In this document: positions 19,641 through 29,879 of the stretch, piece after piece
Position numbering within the stretch: the first letter of the stretch is position 1
Layout: each line of letters opens with the position of its first letter
Origin: Candidatus Poribacteria bacterium
Lineage (GTDB): Bacteria > Poribacteria > WGA-4E > WGA-3G
DNA: 64,000 bases
Assembly: GCA_965242965.1 (NCBI GenBank)
Contig: OZ251518.1
Coordinates: 3,168,001 to 3,232,000, forward strand
Reading direction: 5' to 3'
Translations under genes and position numbers: made by a program
Notes under the pieces: generated by a model
What the model was told of the DNA's origin: nothing
Database searches by the model: none
Seen by the model: only the letters and a program-made list of their open reading frames with translations

Positions 19641-20086
19641 GTTGAGAGTAAGCCGGATTCTGTATACGATGCTCATTCATCTCGGATGAATGTTACCATT
19701 CACCTCTAGCGGTTACCTGAGGACGAGGCGGGCACACCCTTGCATGTCCTCATTTTACCTTGCTCCAGATGGGGTTTACCGAGCTCCATAAGTCACCTTA
19801 TGGACTGGTGCGCTTTTACCGCACCGTTTCACCTGTACACCGTTCAAGTTCACCCGGTATGCGCGGTTTAAAACCACGCATACCCGATAGTGAACGATGT
19901 AGTCTACTTTCTGTTGCACTTTCCATAGCGTCGCCGCTCCTGGCGATTAACCAGCATCCTGCCCTGCGGAGTCCGGACTTTCCTCATCCCATGATATACC
20001 GTGGGGCGATGCAGTATGTGCGATGACAAACCGCACATACCAGCCCACGGATTTGGGACGCGAGCATCTACTCAACTCAAGTCTTT
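19631..20086 (-). ncRNA. rnpB: RNase P RNA (class A)
   Basis: Minus strand has GAGGAAAGTCCGGACTCC, GAAAGTGCAACAGAAAG, GGTGAAACGGTGCGGTAAAAGCGCACC and ACAGAATCCGGCTTA. P1 pairs 19631-19646 with 20071-20086. Mature ends are approximate. Confidence 0.95.
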
Positions 20087-20126
20087 CAATAGGATACCAT
20101 AAAGTGTGGATTCAGCGCAACCCGTG

Positions 20127-23100
20127 TTACGAACATCCACTCGTTGCACCGCAATTGGTGCAGCGGTAGCAGACACCGCTGCGCAGCATCAGCGCGCCGC
20201 ATTCCTGACACGGCGGTGAATCGGCGTGTCGCAACGCTACCTCCTTCTCGCGTGCTACCCATGATTCCGTGTCGCCGTTGCTGCCGTGCCCGAACGGATG
20301 CAGTTGTTCCGGCGGCACCATCTGTTCATCGTAATCCGCTTCATCGTCAACTTCCTGCGCGTCTTCGGGAAGGAATTCTTGGCCGAGCCACCGGTAGACA
20401 TAATCCATGATGGATTTCGCCATCGGGAGTTCGGGATTGTTCGTGAATCCAGACGGTTCAAACCGAACGTGGCTGAACTTATTGACAAGCGATTCCAGCG
20501 GCACGCCGTATTGCAACGCCACCGAAGTCAAAATCGCCACTGCGTCCATCAGCCCGGAGATAACCGAGCCTTCCTTGTTCATGCGGAGGAAAACTTCGCC
20601 CGGTTGTCCATCATCGTAGAGGCCGACGTGGATGTAACCTTCGTGTCCACCGATGCTGAACTTGTGCGCGATAGCATTTCGCTTGTCCGGCAGCCGCTTC
20701 CGAATTGGACGTTCAGCCGGGACATTGACAATCTCACTTTCCAGTGCCTCCGCTGTGTCACTCTCGGCGGCATCCTGCTGGCTGCGGGTAGAGAGCGGTT
20801 GACTGCCCTTGCTGCCATCGCGATAGACGGCGAGGCATTTCACGCCACGCTTCCACGCCTCAACATACAACATCTTAATGTCATCCACGGTTGCATCGTG
20901 CGGGATGTTCACCGTCTTGGAAATCGCACCGGAGATGAACGGCTGCACCGCCGCCATCAGCAGAAGCGGTGCCATCTGAGCGATATACCGAGTGCCGTGC
21001 TTGCCGGATTGAACGGCGCAGTCGAAAACCGGATAGTGTGTCTGCGACAGATGCGGCGCGCCCTCAACGGTGCCCGTGCCACAGATTATCTCTTCCGCCG
21101 CCGCAATTTCACTCGCATTGTAGCCGATGGCAGTGAGAATGTTAAAGTTCGGTTCGGATGCTTCCTCCGCGCTAATTTCAAGTCGCTCTAGGCACTCTTC
21201 GCCGAGGAAACCGGGCGCGAATGCGAGGTTCAGATCGAACGAACTTGGCAGCATTTCTTCTACACGGGCAATGTCATCGTTGGTGAAACCCCTGCGCCGC
21301 AGCGATTCCGGGTTGATGTAAGGCGTGCCTTCAAGCGTGCCTGTCCCGACGAGATGCGTGATAATCGCCTCGCACTGCTGGAGCGAATAGCCCAATTTTT
21401 CCAACGCCTTGCGGACACTCTGATTAACAATTTTCATGTAGCCGCCGCCCGCCAGTTTCTTAAACTTAACGAGGGCGAATTCGGGTTCAATCCCTGTCGT
21501 ATCGCAGTCCATCAGAAGCGCGATAGTGCCAGTCGGCGCGATAACGCTGATTTGGGAGTTTCGATACCCCCATTTTTTGCCTAACGCTAAGCACCTATCC
21601 CAGTCTGTCTGCGCCGCTTCCAGAAGTTCCGATGGACAGACAGTTGCATCGATTTGATACGCTGCCTCGCGGTGCATGCCGATAACGTCTAACATCGATG
21701 CCTCGTTTTCGGCGTAGCCGTTGAAGGCCCCGATGCTCTTAGCGATTTCCGCGCTCGTGGCGTAGCCGCGGCCGCTCAGAATAGCGGTGATAGCACCGGC
21801 GTAGGCGCGCGCTTCGGCACTGTCATAAGGGATGCCCAAGCGCATTAAGAACGCGCCGAGATTCGCATATCCGAGCCCGAGTGGCCGATATTCGTGTGAA
21901 CGCTGCGCGATTTTCTCCGTAGGATAGGAAGAGAGTTCAACGATGATTTCCATCGCCGTCGCAAAGACCCGGACGGTTGCCCGGAACCCCTCAACGTCAA
22001 ACGTATCATCTTCTTCAACCAAGAATTTGACGAGGTTGATACTGGCGAGGTTGCAAGCGGAATCGTCAAGGAACAGATATTCACTGCACGGGTTGCTGGC
22101 GTTAATCCGTCCTGTCTCCTTGCAAGTGTGCCATTTCTGAATGGTATCGTCAAACTGCACGCCCGGGTCGGCGCATCCCCATGCGGCGTGCGCGATTTTG
22201 TCCATGAGCTGCCGTGCGTCATATTCGGCGGCGACTTCACCGCTCGTGCGATACGTCGTCTTCCACGAATCGCCTTGGAGATACGCATTCATGAAGACAT
22301 CCGGGATTCGGACAGAGTTGTTGCTGTTCTGCCCGCTGATGGTGCCGTATGCCTCGCCGTTGAAATCTGCAGGGTACCCGGCGGCGATGAGTGCCTTCGC
22401 CTTCTGTTCCTCCCGCAATTTCCACTCAATATAGTCAACAATCTCTGGATGCTCCATGTCAAGGAGCACCATTTTCGCGGCTCGTCTTGTGGTGCCACCG
22501 GACTTGATGCTCCCTGCCCACCGGTCGAACCCTTCCAAGAAGGATAGCACGCCGGAGCTCTCGCCGCCGCTGGAGAGATGCTCGCCTTTTGCGCGCACCT
22601 TGCTGAAATTCGAGCCGGTCCCGCTGCCGTATTTGAAAAGCCGCACCTCCGCTTTTTGGAGCTCCAGCATGGAATCCAAGGAGTCATCAACGCTTTGGAT
22701 AAAGCAAGCCGAATTTTGCGGATATTGATATGCGTTTGGAGAAATCTCCACTTGCTGTGTGGCGGTGTCCCAATAGTAGTTCCCGCCGCTGCCCTGAATG
22801 CCGTATTCGTGCCACAAGCCGCAGTTGAACCAAACCGGCGAGTTAAACGCGCCGCTCTGCGTGACTAAGATGTGCGTGAGCTCCATCTCAAACGTCTCGG
22901 CATCATCGGGTGTGGCGAAATAGCCGCCAAAGTCTTCACCGGCGCGCCTAAGCGTCCGCGCTACGCGCGTCACGAGTTGGCGGACGCTCTTTTCTGCGCC
23001 AGTCTCTGGCACCCCCGCCTTGCGAAAGTATTTAGACGCGGCGATATCCGTTGCGAGTTGGCTCCACGGTTTCGGCACTTCCACCTGCTCCATCTGAAAG

Positions 23101-23234
23101 ATAGCGTCGCCTTTTTCGTTGTAGATGGCAGAATTGCGATGTTCCCATTCAACCTCCTCGTAGGGATGAACGCCGGGTGTAGTGAAGTGACGTGTGAAGG
23201 TGAGTCCTCCCCCGTCGCCCTCCTGATGTTTCAT
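20127..23234 (-). CDS. nrdJ: Adenosylcobalamin-dependent (class II) ribonucleotide reductase
   Basis: FNSPVWFN, SACFI, SNPCSEY, ACNLASIN, IAPTGTI and YRDGSK motifs; C-terminal Zn ribbon ending CGATSGCS. Confidence 0.95.
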   Translation of the reverse strand: MKHQEGDGGGLTFTRHFTTPGVHPYEEVEWEHRNSAIYNEKGDAIFQMEQVEVPKPWSQLATDIAASKYFRKAGVPETGAEKSVRQLVTRVARTLRRAGEDFGGYFATPDDAETFEMELTHILVTQSGAFNSPVWFNCGLWHEYGIQGSGGNYYWDTATQQVEISPNAYQYPQNSACFIQSVDDSLDSMLELQKAEVRLFKYGSGTGSNFSKVRAKGEHLSSGGESSGVLSFLEGFDRWAGSIKSGGTTRRAAKMVLLDMEHPEIVDYIEWKLREEQKAKALIAAGYPADFNGEAYGTISGQNSNNSVRIPDVFMNAYLQGDSWKTTYRTSGEVAAEYDARQLMDKIAHAAWGCADPGVQFDDTIQKWHTCKETGRINASNPCSEYLFLDDSACNLASINLVKFLVEEDDTFDVEGFRATVRVFATAMEIIVELSSYPTEKIAQRSHEYRPLGLGYANLGAFLMRLGIPYDSAEARAYAGAITAILSGRGYATSAEIAKSIGAFNGYAENEASMLDVIGMHREAAYQIDATVCPSELLEAAQTDWDRCLALGKKWGYRNSQISVIAPTGTIALLMDCDTTGIEPEFALVKFKKLAGGGYMKIVNQSVRKALEKLGYSLQQCEAIITHLVGTGTLEGTPYINPESLRRRGFTNDDIARVEEMLPSSFDLNLAFAPGFLGEECLERLEISAEEASEPNFNILTAIGYNASEIAAAEEIICGTGTVEGAPHLSQTHYPVFDCAVQSGKHGTRYIAQMAPLLLMAAVQPFISGAISKTVNIPHDATVDDIKMLYVEAWKRGVKCLAVYRDGSKGSQPLSTRSQQDAAESDTAEALESEIVNVPAERPIRKRLPDKRNAIAHKFSIGGHEGYIHVGLYDDGQPGEVFLRMNKEGSVISGLMDAVAILTSVALQYGVPLESLVNKFSHVRFEPSGFTNNPELPMAKSIMDYVYRWLGQEFLPEDAQEVDDEADYDEQMVPPEQLHPFGHGSNGDTESWVAREKEVALRHADSPPCQECGALMLRSGVCYRCTNCGATSGCS

Positions 23235-23363
23235 AATGCTCCCCTTTTATCAATTGTTGGTAACTAATTATCTGCAAAACAGAATAGAAAGTCGTCTCGG
23301 ATTAATAGGATACCAAAAAACGAAAATTATTGCAATGCGAATTTTGCAAAAATGCGTTTTTTC

Positions 23364-23393
23364 TTGACATCGCAATGCGAATGCTGCTATGAT
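23364..23393 (+). promoter_or_regulatory. sigma70-type promoter, probably giving a leaderless mRNA
   Basis: TTGACA-N18-TATGAT with an extended TG; ATG lies 7 nt after the -10. Confidence 0.6.
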
Positions 23394-23400
23394 AAACGGC

Positions 23401-26400
23401 ATGCGACAATTAACTCTCAATCCCAATAGCAAGCCTGTCCGTGAATACTACGCCACGCTGCGGCAATACGAAATGCACGGTATCAGCCACGAAGGCGCAG
23501 TTAGCACCCCGTTGCAGACGCTCCTCAATACCTGCGCCAAACAAGTGGATGCCACCTTCGTCTCGCAATATGTCATGCAACCTGCCGTAGACGCGGCGGT
23601 TGCAAACCGCACACGCATTGTCCTTGACGGCGCACTCCTCGACGCGTACGGACTCCCCTTCGCTTTCGTTGAGGCAAAAGACGTTGACGATAACTTGGAC
23701 GCGGAAATCCAACGAAAGTTTGCCGTCGGTTACCCGGATACTAACCTCCTCTTCTGGACACCCCAGCGCGCCGTCCTCTACCAAAACGGACAGAAAGTGC
23801 TTGATGAAGACATCACCGAACCCCACAGGCTAAAGGTGGTGCTTGAACGCCTCTGCTCTAATCCCATTGCCGCCGTGGAGAAGTGGCACGCCGCCGTCGC
23901 CGAGTTCAAGGAGATAGTTCCAGCACTCGGGCGCGAATTGGCAACCATTCTTCAGCACGCACACGAAAATAACCCGCGCTTCAGCACGGCCTTCACCGGG
24001 TTCTACGAACTCTGCAAGAACGCCATCAACCCGAATCTCTCCCAGGCTGCTGTGGAGGAGATGCTCATCCAACACCTGCTGACTATCCGGACGTTTCGCA
24101 CCGTTTTCGCCAATCAGGATTTCACGCGCAGGAATATCATCGCCCGCGAGATTGAGAACGTCATTGACGCGCTCACCTCACAGGCATTTAGCCGAGACGC
24201 ATTCCTTGCAAGTTTAGATGGGTTTTATGAGGCAATTGAGGACGCAGCGCGCCACTGTAAAGCCTTCTCCGAGAAACAGCACTTCCTCAACACCGTCTAC
24301 GAGCAGTTCTTCCAAGGGTTCTCCGTTGAAGTCGCCGATACCCACGGCATTGTCTACACACCGCAGCCGATTGTTGACTTCATGGTGAACAGCGTTGAAC
24401 ATCTCCTCCAAACCGAGTTCAATCGCTCGCTTTCGGATAGCGGGGTGCACATCATCGATGCGTTCGTCGGCACGGGGAACTTCATCGTGCGGCTGATGCA
24501 GGACATCAAGGGGAGCGCGTTGGAACAAAAATATCGCGAGGAGTTGCATTGCAACGAACTCATGCTTTTGCCATATTATATCGCGTGCTTAAACATTGAG
24601 CACGAGTATTTCCAACGGACAGGCGAGTATCTGCCGTTTGAAGGCATTTGCCTAGTTGATACGTTTGAACTGCTGGAAGAACAGCAGAAACGTCTCTTCA
24701 CGCGAGAAAACACCGCGCGTGTTGAACGCCAGCGCGCGGCAGATATGTTTGTGGTTATCGGCAATCCCCCTTATAACGCGAAGCAAATGAACGATAGCGA
24801 TAACAACCGAAATCGGAAGTACCCAGCGATGGATAGACGCGTCAGGGAAACTTACTCGCAGGCATCAGTTGCAACGAATAAGAACGCTTTAGCAGACCCT
24901 TATGTGAAATCCTATCGGTGGGGAACCGAGAAGATTGGCGAAGAGGGAATCATCGTCTTCGTGAGCAACAACAGCTTCCTTGAGGGTATCGCGTTTGATG
25001 GCATGCGGAAACATCTCGCTGAAGAGTTTGACACCCTCTTGTTTCTTGACTTGGGTGGGAACATCCGCAAGGGCCATCCGGGCGATTCCAACGTGTTTGG
25101 CATTCGCGTTGGCGTGAGCATCAATCTGCTCGTGAAAACAAAAACCGGTCGGACTGGGCCCGCCCGCATTTTGTATAACGACGAAACTGCGGACTGGAGT
25201 CGCGACCGGACGTTTGATTTCCTGAACCAGCGGGTGCATGCAGGACAAGTGACGTGGCGAGAACTCACCCCGAACGCGCGCCATACGTGGTTAACGGATG
25301 GGCTTCGCGACGATTTTGGAACCTTCCTCCCTATCGGTAGCAGGGCGGCAAGGCAGGGAAAAACATCCCATGTCATCTTTGGGACTTATGGCACAGGCGT
25401 TACCACGAGTCGAGATGCATGGGTTTACAATTTCGACCCGGGTGCACTCATGATAAACGTCCGGAAGACAATAGATGCCTACAACTTGCAGGTGTTTAAG
25501 TGGGAACGGCGAACGGCACAAGATGCAAACGTTGACGACTTTGTGCCTTATGACGAAACCCAAATCAAGTGGAGTCGCGAATTAAAAACGCATCTGAAGC
25601 GAGGCAGAATCGCCGAGTTCGCTGAAAGCAAGGTGCGGACTTCACTCTACCGTCCATTTACGAAAATGCCGCTGTTCTTTGACAGAGTCCTCAATGATGT
25701 CGTGTCCAGGCTGCCATCCGTTTTCCCGACACCTGAGACAGAGACAGAAAACCGAGTCATCTGTTTTCCAAGCCTGGGTGCGCGTGCTGACTTTTGGTGC
25801 CTCGTCACAGATGTTATCCCGAACAATTGCCTCATTACAACCGATCCGAATCAGTGCTTTCCGTTCTATATCTACGACGAAGATGGCACCAATCGTCGCG
25901 AAAACATTACCGATTGGGCACTCGCGCAGTTCCGAGAGCATTACGGCGATGAAACCATCACGAAGTGGGACATCTTCCACTACATTTATGCCGTGTTGCA
26001 TCATCCCGACTATCGCGAGACGTATCAGGTGAACCTCAAACGCGATTTACCCCACATTCCGTTCGCGCCGGATTTCTGGGGTTTCGTTACGAAAGGGAAA
26101 CAACTCGCATCGCTCCACATTGACTACGAAGCAGCACCGATATACGAAGGGTTGCAGTGGCTTGAAACGCAGGAGATACCGGTAAATTGGCGCGTAGATA
26201 AGATGAAATTCTCCAAAGATAAGACGCGGCTGATTTACAACGAGTTCCTGACGCTGGCTGAGATTCCGCAAGCGGTGTTTGCGTATCGGCTTGGGAATCG
26301 TTCGGCGTTGGAATGGGTGGTAGAGCAGTATCGCATTAAGACACACAAACGTAGCGAGATAGTGAACGATGCGAACCGTGCAGCTGCACCACGATATATT

Positions 26401-26484
26401 GTCGAATTGGTAGGGCGCGTCATCACGGTGAGCTTAGAGACGGTGCGGCTGGTTGAAAGTTTGCCCGAACTCAACAGCACATAG
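23401..26484 (+). CDS. Single-polypeptide restriction-modification enzyme (Type IIG/ISP-like, no helicase), N6-adenine MTase
   Basis: N-terminal LDG...VEAKD nuclease-like motif, GIVYTPQPIVDF, IIDAFVGTGNF and IGNPPY; LlaBIII-like C-terminus (YRPF, SALEWV). Confidence 0.85.
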   Translation: MRQLTLNPNSKPVREYYATLRQYEMHGISHEGAVSTPLQTLLNTCAKQVDATFVSQYVMQPAVDAAVANRTRIVLDGALLDAYGLPFAFVEAKDVDDNLDAEIQRKFAVGYPDTNLLFWTPQRAVLYQNGQKVLDEDITEPHRLKVVLERLCSNPIAAVEKWHAAVAEFKEIVPALGRELATILQHAHENNPRFSTAFTGFYELCKNAINPNLSQAAVEEMLIQHLLTIRTFRTVFANQDFTRRNIIAREIENVIDALTSQAFSRDAFLASLDGFYEAIEDAARHCKAFSEKQHFLNTVYEQFFQGFSVEVADTHGIVYTPQPIVDFMVNSVEHLLQTEFNRSLSDSGVHIIDAFVGTGNFIVRLMQDIKGSALEQKYREELHCNELMLLPYYIACLNIEHEYFQRTGEYLPFEGICLVDTFELLEEQQKRLFTRENTARVERQRAADMFVVIGNPPYNAKQMNDSDNNRNRKYPAMDRRVRETYSQASVATNKNALADPYVKSYRWGTEKIGEEGIIVFVSNNSFLEGIAFDGMRKHLAEEFDTLLFLDLGGNIRKGHPGDSNVFGIRVGVSINLLVKTKTGRTGPARILYNDETADWSRDRTFDFLNQRVHAGQVTWRELTPNARHTWLTDGLRDDFGTFLPIGSRAARQGKTSHVIFGTYGTGVTTSRDAWVYNFDPGALMINVRKTIDAYNLQVFKWERRTAQDANVDDFVPYDETQIKWSRELKTHLKRGRIAEFAESKVRTSLYRPFTKMPLFFDRVLNDVVSRLPSVFPTPETETENRVICFPSLGARADFWCLVTDVIPNNCLITTDPNQCFPFYIYDEDGTNRRENITDWALAQFREHYGDETITKWDIFHYIYAVLHHPDYRETYQVNLKRDLPHIPFAPDFWGFVTKGKQLASLHIDYEAAPIYEGLQWLETQEIPVNWRVDKMKFSKDKTRLIYNEFLTLAEIPQAVFAYRLGNRSALEWVVEQYRIKTHKRSEIVNDANRAAAPRYIVELVGRVITVSLETVRLVESLPELNST

Positions 26485-26579
26485 CGCGGGGTTTCCCCAA
26501 CGCCGAAGCATGGCGAGGCACAGAACCCTCGCCCTATGAAGAAAGGGAACCGGTTTCGGAAATAACCCGAGGGTATTCC

Positions 26580-27953
26580 ATGAAAAACGCGCGGGGCGAT
26601 TTAACACAAGGCAATCTCCTAAAACACCTCTTACGGCTCGCAGTGCCGTTAACGCTGAGCAATATCCTGCAAGATGCCTTTAACATCGTGGATATGATTT
26701 TCGTCGGGAGATTAGGCCCCGAAGCTATCGCCGCAGTTGGCGTGAGCGGCAATTTGCTGCGGCTTGTGGGCGTTCTCTCACTCGGCATCTCCACAGGAAG
26801 TGGCGTGATGGTAGCGCAGTATCTTGGTGCAAAGAACCAGGCTCAGGCAGAACATGTCGCCATGCAGGCGATTTTGCTCTCTCTCTTTTTTTCTATCGGC
26901 ATCGCGCTCATCGGCTATCCGCTAGCGGAGCAAGGATTACTTACCGTTCGTATGACAGACCCGGGTGTGTTACGTCTCGGCACAACCTATATGCATATCA
27001 TCCTCGCCGGCATCAGCGCGATGTTCCTGTCAATGACACTCGGTTCTATTTTCCGTGCTGGTGGTGATGCCGTTACGCCGATGGTAGTGCTGATTTTCTC
27101 GACGGTGATTAACATCGCGCTGGATCCGTTGCTGATTTTCGGGATATGGGGATTTCCGAGGTTAGGCGTGGCTGGTTCGGCATATTCGACGCTTATCGGG
27201 AGAGGCATCGGCGCGACTGTCTTGCTCTACTTGTGCTGGAGCGGCCGCGCGCCGCTCTCGTTGCGTAACGTCGAATTCCGCGCCGATTTAGTGGAAATGC
27301 TTGACATTTTACGGCTCGGCATTTATAGTTCTATGCAAGGGTTCTGGCGGCACCTCTCGCGGCTCGGTTTCCTGTGGGTAATCGGGCCGTTTGGGAAGCA
27401 CGTCGTCGCGGCATATACGATTTGCATGCGGCTTCGGATTCTAGTGATGAACCCCGGTTTCGGTATTTCGCACGCCGTCTCGCCGATGGTAGGACAGAAT
27501 CTCGGCGCGAATCAACTAGAGCGCGCCGAGAAATCGACGCGGGTTGCCACCCTAGTCGGCGCGACAGTGATGACGCTGATCGGCGCGCTTTTCCTCTTTT
27601 TCCCGGAGATGTTCATCAGGATTTTCGCGCCCGATGAACCGGATGTTGTTGAGATAGGCGCGGTTTACCTGCAATTTTTAGCCCCGACGTTCGGCTTTAT
27701 CGCTCTTTCGTTGGTGCTAGGGCGCGCCTTAAACGGTGCCGGTGACACATTCTCACCGATGGTGATTACGCTGGCGGCGCAAATCGGTGTCGGTTTAGGG
27801 CTCGTCATCGTGTTATCGCACTTCATCGGTTTGAAAGGGGTTTGGCTCGGCATCGCGCTCTCGAACGTCGTGCAGGGCCTCGCAATGTGGCTCTGGTATC
27901 GCACCGGCAGGTGGAAGAGGAAAAGTGTTATCAAAAAAAGTAGGAGGAACTAA
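26580..27953 (+). CDS. MATE family efflux transporter
   Basis: DLTQG, VDMIFVGRLG, AQYLGAK, NIALDPLLIFG and GQNLGA motifs; about 12 TM segments. Confidence 0.93.
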   Translation: MKNARGDLTQGNLLKHLLRLAVPLTLSNILQDAFNIVDMIFVGRLGPEAIAAVGVSGNLLRLVGVLSLGISTGSGVMVAQYLGAKNQAQAEHVAMQAILLSLFFSIGIALIGYPLAEQGLLTVRMTDPGVLRLGTTYMHIILAGISAMFLSMTLGSIFRAGGDAVTPMVVLIFSTVINIALDPLLIFGIWGFPRLGVAGSAYSTLIGRGIGATVLLYLCWSGRAPLSLRNVEFRADLVEMLDILRLGIYSSMQGFWRHLSRLGFLWVIGPFGKHVVAAYTICMRLRILVMNPGFGISHAVSPMVGQNLGANQLERAEKSTRVATLVGATVMTLIGALFLFFPEMFIRIFAPDEPDVVEIGAVYLQFLAPTFGFIALSLVLGRALNGAGDTFSPMVITLAAQIGVGLGLVIVLSHFIGLKGVWLGIALSNVVQGLAMWLWYRTGRWKRKSVIKKSRRN

Positions 27954-27955
27954 AC

Positions 27956-28789
27956 GTGACTTACAAAGGCTACGAGAACCCGCAGCTGGTGATTACCGCT
28001 GAGGCGTTGAAAGACGAACTGGACAAGGACATGTTCTGTGTCGTTGATACGCGGCCGACGTATGAATATATCCGTGGGCATATACCCGGGGCGTTGCACT
28101 TGGATCTTTTTGGGTTGAGTTTGACAGATACCCGCATGGAGACGTTTGATACCTTTATGGGGATGATGGCGTATCTGTTCCAACAGCGTGGACTTGACCC
28201 GGGTAAGCCCATCGTCTGGTATGAGGACATTTCTGGGACGCGTGCCTCGCGCGGTTTTTGGTTCTGTGAATACATGGGGCATCCTGAGCCGCGGCTGCTG
28301 GATGGCGGGTTTAAAGCATGGCTCGCTGCGGAGGGCCCTGTCAGCACGTCCGGGGCGGCGCCGCCTGATGTGCCGCTGTTTCCCATCCAAGCGAAGCACG
28401 ATACGCACATGAACGTTGACTTGATTCGGCTGCTGTTGCACCGGGACGATTTCGTGCCGTTGGATACGCGCACGCCGGATGAGCACTACGGCAGAGTTGC
28501 TCGTGCAGCGCGCGCTGGCTCCATCCCCGGCTCCATCCACATCGAGTGGATTGACAACCTCGACGAGAATGGTGCCTTCAAACCAGCGGATGAACTTCGC
28601 GCGATGTATGCGGATGTCGGCATCACCCCAGACAAGCAGGTAATGTGTTACTGACAGGGTGGGTACCGCTCTTCCCAGTCCTATTTGGCGTTGCGGCTTT
28701 TGGGCTATCCGAGAGTAAGCAACTACATCGGTTCGTGGAAAGAGTGGGGAGACCGGCTGGATTTGCCGGTCGAAGTGCCGCAGGCGTAA
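27956..28789 (+). CDS. Tandem-rhodanese sulfurtransferase, probable selenoprotein (in-frame TGA at 28652-28654)
   Basis: [14 protein letters not shown] and GSIPGS motifs. Read-through gives MCY-U-QGGYRS...YIGSWKEW...PQA*, 277 aa, with UGA at the catalytic Cys position. Confidence 0.8.
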
Positions 28790-28864
28790 TGAACTACTGG
28801 GGGCGCGCTTGGCAAGCGCGCCCCCCAGTACCTGCGTGGTGACAAACCGCGCTAGCAAAAAAAC

Positions 28865-28894
28865 TTGACAGTTCCCCGGACATCATGATAAAAT
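28865..28894 (+). promoter_or_regulatory. sigma70-type promoter
   Basis: TTGACA-N18-TAAAAT with an extended TG. Confidence 0.55.
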
Positions 28895-28954
28895 ATTGAC
28901 ATTAGGTAAAACACCGTTAAGGTTCGCGAGTTACCTAAAAAAAGGAGCATTTTC

Positions 28955-29455
28955 GTGCAAGAAGAACGTAAGTCGCTATTCAGCGTCAGAGACGTAGAAA
29001 CCGCTATCGTTCATTTCGGAATAATGGAGTTGATTTATCCGTTCCTTATCATCGGATACGTTCTCATCAAAGGCGGGTATACGCCGCTGGAGACGTTATT
29101 TCTCATTTTGAGAAATTTTCCGCTGTGTATGCAAATAGGGATAGGGCTTATCATCTTCAAGGAGGCAGTAGATATCATGCTATTCAGACGTTGGAGTGAA
29201 GCCAAAGCCGACTTTGCCGTCCAACTTGAACAGGCAAAAACCGAGGGCATCGCCGAGGGCATCGCCAAGGGCAAAGTCGAAGGCATCGCCGAGGGCAAAA
29301 CCGAAGGAAGAGCCGAAGGCAAAGCTGAGGGCAAAGCTGAGGGCATCGCCGAGGGCGTTGCAGAACGGGACCGGCAGTGGGCTGCGTGGAATAACCGCCG
29401 CATCGAGGCGGAAGCCAAGGGCGAACCCTTTCACGAACCACCGCCGCATCCGTAA
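28955..29455 (+). CDS. Hypothetical membrane protein: 2 TM, (K/I/R)AEG repeats and a WxxWNxRR...GEPFxEPP tail
   Basis: AAGGAG RBS before GTG. Internal in-frame GGAGG...ATG at 29177. Confidence 0.7.
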   Translation: MQEERKSLFSVRDVETAIVHFGIMELIYPFLIIGYVLIKGGYTPLETLFLILRNFPLCMQIGIGLIIFKEAVDIMLFRRWSEAKADFAVQLEQAKTEGIAEGIAKGKVEGIAEGKTEGRAEGKAEGKAEGIAEGVAERDRQWAAWNNRRIEAEAKGEPFHEPPPHP

Positions 29456-29540
29456 CAACCCCGGTGCGAGGGGAGAAGAACGGGGGCACTGCCCCCGTTT
29501 CTCGGATAAATCCTGCATCTTCAAGGAGGCAGTAGATATC

Positions 29541-29807
29541 ATGCTATTCAGACGTTGGAGTGAAGCCAAAGCCGACTTTGCCGTCCAGCTTGAACAGGCA
29601 AAAACTGAGGGCATCGCCGAGGGCAAAGCCGAAGGAAGAGCCGAGGGTAAAGCCGAAGGCATCGCCGAGGGCAAAGCTGAGGGCAAAGCCGAAGGTAAAG
29701 CCGAAGGCGTTGCAGAACGTGACCGGCAGTGGGCTGCGTGGAATAACCGCCGCATCGAGGCGGAAGCCAAAGGCGAATCATTTCACGAACCACCGCCGCA
29801 TCCGTAA
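29541..29807 (+). CDS. Stand-alone copy of the C-terminal part of 28955-29455 (88 aa)
   Basis: 29516-~29860 duplicates 29152-~29503, including the RBS and the downstream hairpin GAACGGGGGCACTGCCCCCGTT. Confidence 0.65.
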   Translation: MLFRRWSEAKADFAVQLEQAKTEGIAEGKAEGRAEGKAEGIAEGKAEGKAEGKAEGVAERDRQWAAWNNRRIEAEAKGESFHEPPPHP

Positions 29808-29879
29808 CAACCTCAGTGCGGCGCGAGATGAGAAGAACGGGGGCACTGCCCCCGTTCTCTCGCGCCGCTGTCACTCTCG

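Noticed and set aside
20127-23234. Intein or intron in the long nrdJ
   Set aside because: No intein terminal or LAGLIDADG motifs were seen, and the length fits long-form class II RNRs with a C-terminal domain.
28645-28842. Separate 65-aa ORF, or a pseudogene call for the sulfurtransferase
   Set aside because: That ORF is out of frame. In-frame read-through of the TGA restores the full conserved rhodanese C-terminus.
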